From Obrimoposthia wandeli (taxonomy: Eukaryota): 64,000 nucleotides of DNA. The position numbers were made by a program, and so were the translations under genes. This document shows positions 12,601 through 27,600 of the stretch, piece after piece. Position 1 is the stretch's first letter. Every line of letters begins with the position of its first letter. Below the pieces are notes generated by a model. The model ran no database searches. It saw nothing but the letters and a program-made list of their open reading frames with translations, and was not told where the DNA came from. The DNA is taken from positions 124,001 to 188,000 of the forward strand of contig CDROCS010000586.1 in NCBI GenBank assembly GCA_977020255.1, read 5' to 3'.

Positions 12601-15600
12601 CTAGAAACGGAATTTGTGGAGAGAAAATTGAATTTCAACTCAGTTTTGGGACAATAGATGATGAATTACTGTGAATTCCTGACCAAAGTCTCCATAACAA
12701 ACTGTGGCATTCAAAATTGAGTCTGTTCGAACTAGAACTTGATGGATGATTTCATATTTACAGATAGGCAAACTCAACTTTGATAGTCAGAACGAGCAAA
12801 TTGTGGTAAGGAGTGCTACTAAGAACCTTTTGCATTGTATAATTTAATTTTATTCACGTTTGTCGGCGTGTGTTTTTTAAATAGTAAATTTCACTGCTGA
12901 TATTATTGAAATAGTAATTTGTGTTTTGTTCCCCTGGGATCCTTCTCAGCTAACAGGGTAATTTGGGTTTCATTTTGGTGCGCTAAGTTCACAGATACAC
13001 TCAAATTAATTATAAAAAGGTGAATAGAAATTCTCAATATCTACTACTTACAAATGATCAGTATCATCAGTCTCATTTTCACTTTTTTACTTTATCAAAC
13101 ACAAATTAAAATTGAATTATTAAAGTGATAATTTACTTTATTTCCCACAATAAACGATGACTAAAATTTCTAAAGAAACTTATTATCAAAAAAACATAAG
13201 TTGGTAAAAATGAAAGATGGATATCTGTAAGTAAAATTTTAAACTCAAATGTTGCATTTCCACTTTGATATTTTTGTAACAAGGTAAATATTCAAACTTG
13301 AGTTCTCTGATTTCGAGAAAAATATGAATAATGAAAATGTTAAAGGGGTTTCTGTGCTCGATTACTGGATGTCCCGTTAATATCCAGTTGTATTATAATT
13401 TATTTGGATGTTCGACAATGCAGAAGCAAAACTCGAACTCCATTCACCTTTACATACACCGTGCTGGAACATTTCAACGAATTTCACGTCCAAATTTCAA
13501 CTCAATCCGAGTATCCAGTTTATTTTGAGAAGAGTCAATGTACTAAATGAGGCGCCATGCAAATTTTATGTACCCCTATATTTAATGTGCAATTTAATAC
13601 TTCACTACATTCGGTATTTTCCATTAACTTTATATATCTAATTCGATCTCACATTCAACTTTCAGGTTTCTTCAAAATATACAAATTTTCATTTCTAACT
13701 ACAAACATTTGTTACTGAAAGTACGGAGAACTGTTTGAGTAACATTTGTGGCTTAACACCGCAAGGTCATATGGTAGACTTCAGTTTTCATTCGTGACAG
13801 AGGATGTTCACATATGATGGTTTTGGTGATGCAATATCTGGGAACCCTTGTTTGGGTCACAGAACCTTTGCTTTAATATGGACTCATGGAAGTCCCCTTA
13901 CCTCCATCTGAAGGTAGTGCAGTAGTATGCAATATCTGGGAACCCTTGTTTGGGTCACAGAACCTTTGCTTTAATATGGACTCATGGAAGTCCCCTTACC
14001 TCCATCTGAAGGTAGTGCAGTAGTATGCAATATCTGGGAACCCTTGTTTGGGTCACAGAACCTTTGCTTTAATATGGACTCATGGAAGTCCCCTTACCTC
14101 CATCTGAAGGTAGTGCAGTAGTATGCAATATCTGGGAACCCTTGTTTGGGTCACAGAACCTTTGCTTTAATATGGACTCATGGAAGTCCCCTTACCTCCA
14201 TCTGAAGGTAGTGCAGTAGTATGCAATATCTGGGAACCCTTGTTTGGGTCACAGAACCTTTGCTTTAATATGGACTCATGGAAGTTCCCTTACCTCCATC
14301 TGAAGGTAGTGCAGTAGTACTGTAATGTCCACATTAATCGGTGACTGTTAATTATTAATCAATCAATGTAAATTAAATCGCTCTTGCATATTATGTACAA
14401 TATAATTCCAGATATGTTAGGCGAGGTACCCTAGTAGACAGTTACTGTTGTTTTAAATAGTTTGATACCACAATTTTATTACAATGTTAAAATATGTCAG
14501 AACATCTCCTATAATTTCGTGTGGTCGATTCGTACATTTGTATAAGTAATAAATTAAATGTTGCCTCTTTACAGATCAAGTATACGCCGAAAAAGCTCCG
14601 CTCTCGGTCTCTGTTATGAACTCGCCTTCCCTCAATTGGCAAAGGCGGTTGTAAATTTAGTCAAGGATCTTGTTGTCATCTTCACAGAGGTTAGTAGCCC
14701 AAACATAAGGCCGTATATAATTTGTCTGGAGCTAAGTATCTGCCGTTTAGTAAAATATACGAAAATTAAAAGCAATCGGAATAATTCCAAAAGAAAGAAA
14801 TTAGCTACAATATGATTGATAAGAAATAATCGTTGAAAGGCACTCAAGCAGGTGAGTTTTTTTACTTCAAAGACAAACGGAAGTAATTTTAGCATCGAAT
14901 TGTTATTGTGACAAAATTGAATTTATTACGATATCCCAAAGAATATAAAAGCATGGGAGAAACTAGGCAATCCTACAACATCAATGCCCAAACGGAATCC
15001 TCTTGCAATTAACGTTATATTGCCTTTTGTATCACGAGCTGCTGAATCCGTCTGAAACTATCGCTGGTGATTTCTACCTAGAACAATTAGTCGACTTGAG
15101 TCAGGAACTTAATTAAAAACGCCAAGATATTATGAATATGATATCTTATTTTAAAAACGGATGACACTTATTCGAGTACTCAGTGCAAGTTCAGGTAAAT
15201 ACCATCAGGTTGAAACTGAAATATTATTATGGCATAATGGCGTCATAATAAAAATCATAATTTGACTTATTTGATATGGCGTGCAAACATTCTAGCTCCT
15301 ACAATTCATGTGATCCCAAGAGTTTCATTTGCTCAGTTCTATTAATACTTTCATTGATCTGTGCCAGACAACATTAGTTGAATACCAAACATAAGAGGTT
15401 GGTTTACTTAAGAAAATAAGTTCTTACAATGCAAGAACATTTTTTTTTCTCTGTGTACCATTTGTCGGGGGAAAACGTGTGTTTGTCTGGGCCTGTGATA
15501 TTGATTGATCAGAGTTGGGGTTATCTCGAAAAAAGCTGTGACAAATGTCTACCCGGACTATTTGCTCGCCGTTTGGAATTCTCCCAAATATCCCACCACA

Positions 15601-18600
15601 CACACAATTTCCCAACAAGGAGGCTCAATTATCAAGTTGACTGTTTGCTGACTTTATTAGGCCATTTGTCGGATTAGACATTTCCATTGAGTCGGGAAAC
15701 TCGCCTTTTAGAAACTTACTGCGTCACAATTGATCAACATTTTTACATTAAACGTTACAAAACTTTACTATATCTTGTCGAAATCTTTCACCGAAGCCTG
15801 TTTTTTATCGAAATTATTATATAGTTTCAATTGTCCTAAAAAAGTATCCCTAGTGATATTATTTACAAATTTCTTTATATTGATATTGATTATAAATAAT
15901 ATGATCTATAAAGTCTGTTTAATAATAAATGTTTGGAGAAAGAAGCATGTTGAGAAATGAAGAAATTATAAAAATGTATGGAAAAGGAAATACCCCAAAT
16001 ACGATTATTTAAATTGATCAAAGGATACTCTAAAACATTCTTTTTGTGCAAAATAATTAGGCAAAAGATCGGTAAAAGTGAACATAAGGAAAAAATGAAT
16101 GAAATACAAAAGCGATGTATTGTTTTCTATTTTATCTTGCTTATATATCTTGGCTGCTTCTGGACTTTAATAATATAGAAAATGTTTGGGGAATATTATC
16201 AAATATAATTTACATGAATACTATAATTATAAAAGTATTGAACACATCTAAAAATGACAAAAGAGCTATAGGAAAGCTTTACAGAAATATAATTGAGGGG
16301 AATTAAAAAGATTTAATAAATGTATCTTATAAAAGTTTTAATATTTTGGGGTCAACTAAATTTGGAAATTTAATATTTATCAATATAGCTAAACTGGCCC
16401 TTAATGAAATGGATATTTCAATAAAAATTGCATTTATATTATCATTAAGGCCTTGTGAAGTTTCATAGAAAATGTAGGTAAATCTTTTCGATATAAATCA
16501 TATAATTTATTTGATATTACAATATTTAAAAGTAACATTAAAATATTTTCCCCGCCAGATTCCTCCGCTAAATCCCGTTTGAGATAATTGGTAAATGCAT
16601 AGCGAACTTGTCAGCACCCAGAAATTAGATTGTTATCACAACTATCTTCAATCCATCAACAATTTTTTTGAGGGTTTAAATTTCGAAAACCTTTTTAAAT
16701 AAAAAATAGATTAAATTATCACGTTAGGATCTTAAAAATTTCCACTGAGCTCATTTTATCTTCCATTTCTCATCCACCTTTCATATTTTATTCAGCAATA
16801 TTTCCCTCTAGACGTTTGTGACAAGATACAAGAAAACAAATCCACAGAGTTGAGCAATTAAGATTTATTAAAAATCAATCGTAATTTTTGCACCTTTAGA
16901 TTCTGATATTTTTCATAAGATTTTAAAACTGCATAGATATTATTTTGAAATCATAATTTAACTTATAAATTGGCCAAATTTTCCATTTTTGGATTAAGAA
17001 AATCTCTAAAATGAAATTAGTACATTGAGATTTTTAATATGTAATTAATGAATTCTAAAAAATTTCAGGATATAAATACTGTATTTAACCACAGATAGGG
17101 TTATGTAATTTTCAACAAAAATCGTTTATGAACAAAAATTAAATAACAGTCAGTAATATATATTGTAAATAACTATAACAAAGAAACATAGATAATGAAT
17201 GATAAAAAGTATGTTTGCGCTAGTGACCTCCCTTAGGTAAGGTATTTAACTTAATCAATTTCACTCTCATATTACGAATTCAGCAAAATAGATTTTTAAA
17301 GTATATTTATAAAATACCCGCGATTAGTATGCACTCCAAATTTTGAATTTGATAAATCAATGTTTCGGTTCGTCTTGTCTGTATCTAAACACGGTAGTCA
17401 TTATTTCAATCCTTTTATTAAATATAAGATTATATTTGTGCAGCTATGATTCTTTATTCGTGTTTTGTGTCTTTGCCAGAACCCGTCCACTCCCAAAAAA
17501 CTCGGATCCGGTCAGCCTGCCGAGTCCCATCGCTACGAGAAGCGAAACTTGTCGAGTCTGAAAAAGTACAACTGCAACAGCATCACTTCAAACTCGCGCT
17601 ACAGCATAGAGCAGCACCAGAACCCTGCCGGGAGTAATTCTCCCGGTAACGTCAGCACTTCCTCCCACCGCCGAAAATCCCTCAACAACAACAACAACAT
17701 CTTCAGCATGTCTGGAGGCCACAGCGACACTCCTAGTGTATCTGGTAGCGCGGGAGCAGACATATCCCGATCCCCGTCACGCGTGTCCGTCTCCTCATCT
17801 ACCATCAATGGCAGTAAGTCTGCTACAACTCTTTTTATTTGTCCATACTCTCTCTATATATATTCATTATAGCGTCAATTTTCAATAAATATTTGATTTA
17901 TAATACAATAGTGCTTCCTGTTTTCCAATGTAGATATTATCTTCCGTAATGTTTTCCGCTTCTTGATTTTTTAATACTGTTATAGTTGCGGTGAATTGTA
18001 GTAAATTTTCGAAGAATAAATTTCAAATATTCTATCGCTCTGTTTGTTATTTGATAATTGTTGCAGTCATCATCCTTACTCCTAATATACATATACAAAT
18101 TGAGTGCATCAGGGTCGAGAAAATCATATAAATATGCGTGATTTTGAGAGAGAACACATTTTTGATAATAAGTATGATCTTGAATTCAATTCTGGAATTG
18201 ATCGATAACCAATGAAATTTCATTAAATGTTCACCTTTCTGACAACTATTTCTAGTTTTTTAATAGTATTTTCATCTTATACGTATTTTAGATATATTTA
18301 TTTGGTGCAAACAATTACTAGGTGGGAACAGAGGTTTACTAAATCTGCCATACAACTAAGATCATATCCAAGTACTGTCAACCCTGTTGTCAATGAAAAT
18401 CAATGGTAAAGAAGTATTTATCTTATGTTTATTAATAAAATCAATTAGAATTATTAATATTGTCACTACATTTACACAAATTTTGTGATTTTCAATGGTC
18501 GACCTTATCTGTTTACCTTCACTGTATCCTGAGGTGAACCGTCTCAGCACCAGTTTTATTCACATAAAATAGCCGCGAATCAAAAATATAAAACATTGTT

Positions 18601-21600
18601 TGTTCACTTTTGTGCACTTACAACACAAGCCAAAGCCAGTCTGCTTATATAGCATTAATATCGATCCTGTTGAGTGTCACTGAAAAAGCTTTTAAAAATA
18701 TCCATTGTCAAAAAATCACATTTTTATGCAAAAAGATATCGATTTGAAAAGTATATGGCTCAGTAGTTATATTTAGTTATACCAATAAATTACACATTAG
18801 TGTACGTTTTTTAAATGACCAAAATAAAATTAGACATTTTTGGACGTAATGGTGCATTACAATTATTTCTCTCGTAATCAGTATGAAAACTATCTTTTAG
18901 AAACGTATTTTTGTTAGGGGAGAAATTTTGTGTGTTTGCTTTACCACGACGGTTTGTTTGATTCACGTTTATGGTTTAAACCTTAACTCAAAATTTCCCT
19001 AAAAATAATGTTCATTCAGTTTACCAGAATATTGATTTTTTGTCGAGCTTTAATTACACAAAAACATTATTTCTGGGTTTTTTCCAGTTATTTGCAACAA
19101 AAAATTTAAGGAAATTAACAAATATCCGCATTTTTAAATTCTTTATAAGTAACATCAACGTTTATCCACAACATTATAATACACTTTTCAAATGAGTTGC
19201 TGCTGTGTTTATTTCGGTAAAAAGCTCCCTACAATGTGTTTGTGCCGGTCTGCTGGGAAGCTAAAAGGACAAGAATCGGAGTTGGGTAAATTGATTTATT
19301 TGATAAGAAAACCCTCTAGATAACATCGATCCACTAACTTTAAATCAAAGACAAATTAGAAATAAAAAATACCAAGAGAAAGTTCACTTGTACAATTTTT
19401 CCGAGTTTTTGGTGCTGGCGTTCTGTAGTGAGACTGAGACTGAAGTTGTGTTTAATTATCTGTATTTTGTTAACAGTAGCATGGATTTTTTAAAAAATAG
19501 CTTAACGACTTTTAATTGGAATAAAAAATGCTATTTTTAGAAATTTGCGTACGGTTTTTGTAGAAAAGCGATAAATTAAGCGATTGTTAGTATGGTATGG
19601 CTCACATATACCAATATATCCTGTATCTACATTGTAGTAAACAGCGGACACTGCATTGTATTCTTGTTTGACTTGACTACGTAACAGTAGCTCCCTTGTT
19701 CTTCGGGCCTGACTAGGTTATAAATTAAATGTCACAACTTCAATGGCCCGCAATTCGCAAAATACAGTTCGTACGCATGCAAAGAGAGAAAATATTGATT
19801 GCTATTTTATTATTTTCTTACTCTCATTCTGGTACAGGTTACCTAACCAATGACAGTGGATCCTCTCAACCGGAACGAGTATCCGTCATCAACTCGAAAC
19901 CGGTGCCTGAGCAACAGCAGCTGTTCGAGGAAGTCAATTCTAAACGTGTGGACGTCATTAATCGGATCCGTCAAATGACAGAAGAAGCTCTGGTTTTGTG
20001 CAAAGAAGAAAGTGTAAGTATTTTAATTTGATTATGCGACGTGATTGGCCAGCTCATTTTTGCCGGACTCTCACAATTACAGTTTTAATTAGATTATGCA
20101 GGGCAATTCAAATACTGTAGCCCAAATTTAGTAATCCATAGTGGGGCACGTCTCATTTAAAGATGGGGAAATGTTTATTATAGCTCCGAAACCCACCCTT
20201 TGCTGTCGAGTATTTGAATTTGGCTTTCTTCGTTTCAGAGCATAACCGGTCAAATGCCAGATGACTACTACAAGCTGAATCCCAGGAAGCAGTTCAAACT
20301 GACGCAATTCACTGTCCCCCTCAAATTTCTCGATAACAAAAGCAACGTGAGTTTCTTTTTAACTTTTTCCGTTTACGTTCCTTTTTTCTAGGATTATTTC
20401 GAAGACAAAAAGAGATTCATTCTTCTGGAGATCGAGACCCTGAAAAACATAAAGCGGAATTTGGGGCGCAACAATAAAAAAGAGTGTAAAGAAAAAGACA
20501 AAACGGTTGGTTATACTTTTTTAATCTTTCAAAATTTCCCCCCACTAATTTGACAACATATACACTTTTGGCACTGATGAGTAAACTGTGAATGAAAATA
20601 AATCCCTGCTGACAAACGATACCACAACAAACATGAAAAATTAAATATTTTTAAATTTCTTTACCGAAAGGTACCAATTTCAATTCAAATTAACTAAAAT
20701 ATACTCACCTCAAAACAGTTTTTCATTTTTTAGTCTGGAACCATTAATTCTTATTAACTCTAATTCGTGATGTTATTATTAAATATTAAACTTTTGTATT
20801 CAGTCAGGTTCAGACATCTCTTCTATGAAGTATCGAAGAGTTTCACTGGCATTTAGTTGTAGTGGTTCCATCCGAGTTAATAGTACCATTAAAAGTCAGA
20901 CATGACACTGTACATTTTTAAATAATTTTATACTTGCAAGTTTACATCAACTTTGAACAAATAAAATACAATTCGAATGGGTCTCCCAAACTGTGTATAT
21001 AAATACAAATTGAAGATATTTGAACAATTATTATGAACAAATAAGTTTATTATAATCGATATTGAAATTCGATTTGTCATTTGTAACAAAATGAAACGAT
21101 GTACTGCTCCCTGTTGTGCAGTAAACTGACTGATGTTTCTATTTGCAGATATGCGTGCTGACAGACAGTCTACGACAGCTGGAGTTTGACCACGCGCACA
21201 GCACTCGTCAACCAGCGACTCGATCCAGCAGTCTCGGCAATCTTCATATGCTCAGCGAGGAGGAGGTCGACAACAACCATGTCAGCGAGCAGACTGTCCC
21301 GGTCCCGGATTCTCCAGAACACGTTGTCCAAGGATATAGCACCCTGTCGGGTCGAGTACACACTAGAACTCTGCCAGATACTGTCCAGGACCCCTGTACA
21401 GGTGACGATGCACTGCTGTAGATCGATGTAGTTGGGTATACCACATTACACTTTTGACACAACCACTTTGTTTTGCGTTTTTTTCTTTCTCACTGACAAT
21501 GCACCGATATATTTGACGTTTTATAAACCTACTTATACTTTTTAATGTGAGAAATTTTATTTCTGGTATGTTTCATATTGATCAATTTCCAAATAATTGC

Positions 21601-24600
21601 TAGGCGACTTCCACAACTCATTACTGCACAGCCCCCACAATTTGATCTAAACATTTTACAAGCAATTATGAACAAGCAGAGGTCATCTGATATTGATACT
21701 TATTGCAGCACTGAGATGAACTTTTGTGCGTGTAGCCCATCATTGATATAGTGAGAAAATATGGTTGGGTGAATTTATAATTCTTAAAGGAAGGATGTGA
21801 AAATTAGTGCCGTAAAGGCGCAGCATATCCATGTCTTTATAAGGAGTCAATGGACTGTGAATAAATCATTGTAACTATACCAATTTATTTATATTACAAT
21901 TTCTTTGTGTGCATTTTGTGTAACGATATGTGTTTGTTTGTATATTACATATGTATATTTAATTATAATTCTGTGTTGGGGTTAATAAAAATAGTAATGT
22001 GATACAAAAATTAGTTACATTTTGGAATTATGTGTAGGAAAAAAATCACTGTTTGATGTTTCATAAACATAACTAAATTTTTGTGTATCAGGTTGACTGA
22101 AGAACTTTACATTTGACTACATTTGCTTCAATTAATTTGAGAAGAAATTACAAAAAATAGAAGACAGACAATTCAAAAAATAAAGGTACATGGATACAAG
22201 CTTTACAATATTTTGCAGTTAGCATTAGAAGGTATAATAATAAAGAATCAAGAATACACATCAAGATGTTCCTATTTAGAAGATGCTGCAGTTCACTACT
22301 CAAAGGTGCTGATTTGTGGAGTGTCTTTGAATATAAACTCCCACAATTATCGATAAATTGGCGCTGTATTAAAGATGTTCCAGTTTAGAAGATGCTGAAG
22401 TTAACTACTCAAAGGTGCTAATTTGTGGAGCGTCTTTGAATATAAACTCCCACAACTATAGATAAATTGACGCTGTATTAAAGATGTTCCAGTTTAGAAG
22501 ATGCTGCAGTTCACTACTCAAAGGTGCTGATTTGTGGAGTGTCTTTGAATATAAACTCCCACAATTATCGATAAATTGACGCTGTGTTAAAGATGTTTCA
22601 GTTTAGAAGATGCTGCAGTTAATTACTCAAAAGAGCGTCTTTGAATATTATTTCCCACAATTATCGATAAATTTTTGCTGTATTAAATTTTAAATAAATG
22701 TCACTATTAAATAGTATTTTACTACCTAAACATATTCTATATTTCTATATTCTGTAATTAAATTGGTCATTTTCATTTAAATTAGTTTAGTTTGTTCTTG
22801 TGGGTGGTGATGAAAAACATTTCAAATTGAGTATATCGGAAATTTTCACAAATTCAGAGATATACCTCCATTTGAAATAACGAAACATATTAATTGTTTT
22901 GACTCGTGCTGATTGGCCCTGATTATCGTAGTTGACCTGGCCAACGTACCCAGGTGCCCAATTAGCCCCGTTCGCGACTGCTCCTCTCAGCAGACGCAAC
23001 CGCAATCCTCCTGCGTCGATGCCGCCCTCCTCAGTTGCGACTGCTGTCAGTCATTCTAGCCTGCACCCAGCCACGGACTCTACAAGCTCCAACACACGCG
23101 TCAACTCCCCTGAGCCATCTGCCATTCACGACTGTCCGCAGCATTTCTCCCTCAACGATCAGCAGCATCAATTATCCGACCTGACTGCAGCCATCAACGA
23201 TTTGGTAGGACATCCTGCAGTCGAGTTTCCCTGATACATCTTGGTGCCTCTTTTTTCACATTATTTGGAATACCTAATCAATAACTCAATCAATATCTCA
23301 TTCAATAACACACCTGACTCATCTCATTGGCGATGTCAACCAAGTCAACTGTGATACATCATCAGAATTACATTGTAATAATATTTGTATTTTTTGTATG
23401 TGATTTTGTGTTAACATGATAACATATGATACAAAAGTAAAAATTAGATTTTCTCCGAAAGTTATTGGTTTAGAAAGAAAAAGTAAGAAATATATAATTA
23501 ATTTATTTTATACCGAATAATTTGCTGTTGAAGCATATTTTGTCATAAATAACAGCATTTTCAGGATTTCTTTCATCATTATTATCGAAATTATCATATT
23601 TTTCATAATTTTCATACAACAAATTTTACAAGTTAGAGTGTTAACTGTTAAGACTAAATACACAGTTTTATATCTATGTAAAATCGTTATTTAGTTCGTA
23701 AACTAGTGCCTTTCCTGACAGTTTCAATGTCTCATTTTAAATAACATTTTCACAATAACCTAAAACATTTAGACTAGAAATATAAATTTCTTAATATGAA
23801 AAGTAGTAAATGATTATCGAAAAGTCATAAAGAAATAAACACAAAAATCTCTACAACTCAAAACTTCTGTAATGCAGTTGAAACATTTCAAAATCCAAAT
23901 TATCAACTGTCTCGATTTAAGACATTAATTAAACTAGTGTCGAGTTGTGTGAACCGAATGACCCGACTATTTTCGTCCAGGACAGTAGGTGGACTTATCG
24001 GTGTAAGGTTTCATCTGTATGTGAACTGCATAAGAAACGATGCTCGGTTGATTTTGTTTGCATCAGCATTTAAATCATCAGTACCATTACTACTGCAGCA
24101 TCTCTGATTTTTTTTTCTAATTTATACTACTAATAATTACAAGTAGTATGAAATTAGTAATTATAATTCTAAAAGATATCAGAAAATAGTCTTTCTATTG
24201 ATTCACATTTCACACACTGTTAAGGATAATGATCGCAATTATTTCCATTCCTCGCTACTTTCCAGGTAAGCGGAATGTATGTTAGATTGCGTGTATGTGT
24301 ATGTGAGACTTGGTGGTTGTTTGAAGATCTCTGTAGCATGTGAAAACCCTTCATTGTGGTTATAGTTTTTACGAATCAGTAAGCAGGGTTTTATCTTTTT
24401 TACAAGTTCGTTTCTGATATTTTTATATTTTTGTAATTTTATTATTTATCCCATATGAGTGGGTGTTGTATATATAGTCAATGTATATAGCGAAATTGGG
24501 GGTCGACAAACTATTTTTCAATAATTATAATGTCGCCGTGTCATACTGGGTAAAAATAGTTTTTCTTATCGCATCGTTTTTGCATAACCCTGATTCTATA

Positions 24601-27600
24601 CCCACTTTTCCGTGTACATCTGAATAAATTCTTGAAACGCTATTATCAGATGTTAAGATGTCATTGGTTACGGGTGAGAAATGTGAATGGCTCAAAGTAC
24701 AAAATGGAGATAGAACAAATTTTAGGCTGATTCCAAACATCTCATTTATATCGAAACTTCTTTAAATAATGGAACATGAGAACTTATGAAACTGATAGAC
24801 TTATCTGTCGCATTTGACACTGTTACTCATGAAATATTATTAAAATATTTGGAAAATATTACAAGCGCTGTTTTAGTTTAAAAGTTATTTATTGTACCAG
24901 ATGCTAAATACTTAATATGCAGTGTTCCTCAGGGTACGATTTTGGTCCAATCCCATTTTCGATTGGTTAAGAAATACGATATTCATTTTCACCGTTATGC
25001 CGATGGTACACAACGTTATATTGATTTTGATTCTAATGACAATGACATCAAGTCAATTAAGTAATAAATGAAAATAAAACGGAAGTTAAATTATTTGGAT
25101 CAAATAATAATGTAAATCGTATTAAACAAAAGAGATATTTCAAACATGTCGGTGAAAATAGTATAATTAACTGTCAAATTAATAAAGAGATAAGAACGTG
25201 TCTACTCAGATAACTACAATGATAACGCATGTGATTCTCGCACCAAGAATTGATTTTCAAACTACTTTAGTGTTTAATATTCCAGCTTAACATTTAAATT
25301 GTTTGCAAAAACTTTAACCAATGCGGTCATAATCATATTTAAATTTAAAAAAATAAAATAGATGGTACAATTTAACAATTAATTCGATTTTTATAAAGAA
25401 TTCTCTCATGAAAGCCCAAATATGTATATGATCTTCTCGAGCCTGATGCAGTGAGTATGCATATGCATCTTAAGATAAACAATAATGTCTGCAGATTGGT
25501 GAAGAAACAGAAACGATTCTGAAAATTCAAGAATCAGCTGAAGGTTCAGTAAATATTACGAAGAATGAAGCAATTCGGAAAACACTATTGAGTATTAAAT
25601 CTTAGATTCATTAGATATTAACGCTCTATTAAAGATATTATTCTTATATTTGTCTATTTTTTAATATTTTGAATCTAGATAGAAAATAAAATTTTAGTAG
25701 ATTTCATTTTACTGAACTACATTATAGAAACGTTGCAATGTTTAGAATAAAAGAAGACTTTTCGAGTACAAAATAAATGATTGTCCATGCAAAGAAATTG
25801 ACGCCTGTGGATTCAAAATATTTACACTTTTTATTTATTTACCAAAATAAAATTGTATCAATAAAAATGGATTTTTTGTGATATTTTTGTTAGTAAAAAA
25901 AAAAAAATTATGTAACCTTTGGAAAAATTGCCAAACTATTTCTTAAAATGTGTCACAAAAAAGTTCTATTCATCTCGTGTCAAATAGTGAAAGTAATGCG
26001 GAAAAATCATTTCGACATTGCCGGAATAAATTGGTATTTGCGTCGTTACAATTTTCCATGTGAATCTACACAAAATAAGTAACAGTTTGCATGTGCATGG
26101 TCATTCTTTGATACACATATTATCGATTTTTCACTGTTTGGCTTATGTTTTACCGGGGTTTGAAATTCTCCCTCATTGACTTGGTCCTTTGCTAAATACT
26201 ACAGCTTTCCACTGATGGTGGGGCTAAATCTTTACCCGGTTTGTACATTTAATAAGAACACGGGTATAAAATCAGCATTCAACATAAATCAATGATGTCA
26301 TTAAAACTGTTTGATTACCTACCACAGGATGCATACACACATGAAAACATGAAGCTGAAAATTAGGAGTGTTTGTATTGACCTTCATTTTTGACTTTTAC
26401 TTACATTTAGGGTTAACTTTTTTGAATCTTTTAGTCTGATCTTTTGAGTTATATTTGAAATTCTAAAGTTAGAAATGGACATTGTTAATATTTGCTTATA
26501 TAATATGAAAGTAAAATTTCCGACAATGATTTCCGAACAAGGAGAAATGGTCACTGATGAATCAGAAACAGAAGATGACGATATATTTGATGAGAGATTT
26601 TGATTTAACGATAGGATTGACCATTATTTCTCCAATTAATTCGCAAAAGCGCAGCCAACATTATTCTAAAAAGCCGTTCAAAGATTTACTGATGATTTTT
26701 CTGAGTTTAGATTATTTATAAGCCCTAAGAAGATATATAAAATTTTAATGAAATATTCCAATAAAGAGGGTAAAAGAGTATATAATGCTGAGTTGTAATT
26801 ACCTCGGTCTTGCAGCCTCATCCTCGAATAAAACCGGTCCTCTCTTCACGCCGACTCGCCGCCTCTCCGAGTGCTCTAATCAGCAGCGACATCGTTGCTC
26901 ACGGCCGCTCAGTCTATCCCTTTAATAAGACCGGCGGGGGCAGCGCTCGACAGGCAAACTCAACGACACAACCCCACTTTTTCCAGAGATTCGCTTCCAC
27001 CCGCACTCATGTTGAGCGCAGTTCCATCAGCCCCCTCTTCAGCAAACAATCCTCCAATCATAGCAGTGCGCTCAGGTGAATGCAGAACCGTCTCTGACAA
27101 TATCTACTAGTTATTTTCCCATGTTAAGAAAAAGTTATCCTTTTCCTTACGTAAAAATGTTTATTTTTAAAATATTGTAGAAGAAAATGTAATTTTTCTG
27201 TTACTTTCCATTACAATTTTGAAAAATAGTTAAAAATGCTTTTGTAAGGCATTTTTATAAATTGTCGGGATGTGCATTTAATTTGTAGTATGTGTATTTT
27301 AAAGAAGTCTAAAATTTTTCCATAAAGAAACTAATATTTATACCCTCCCCTCCCATGCGTTCCCTTTTTGGGAACATTCTAAAAATTAGGAAAACACAAT
27401 TGAGAAAAAATGCAGGTTTATATATCAAATGTTTCGATGTCCGGTCATTAATGCCATGACCGTCAAATTTTATTTACATCGAGAACAACCGTGCGATTCA
27501 ATCAACTCGTAACAGCTTTAAATGTAAACTTTTATTATCAATACTCATATACATTATTTACGAATGGACTGAAAAATAAGGGTTAAAAACAAAAATGTAT

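Noticed and set aside
20802-20873. Possible phase 0-0 cassette exon (SGSDISSMKYRRVSLAFSCSGSIR)
   Set aside because: It would interrupt the CUPID coil, has a weak donor and lacks the GC-rich codon signature; cannot be supported without RNA data.
26555-26572. Hammerhead-like CTGATGA...GAAA strings (also 20576, 38462, 11932)
   Set aside because: No stem I/III pairing or cleavage triplet. The 26555 hit lies in a coding relic (VTDESE), and 11926-11978 is a simple 19-bp palindromic stem.
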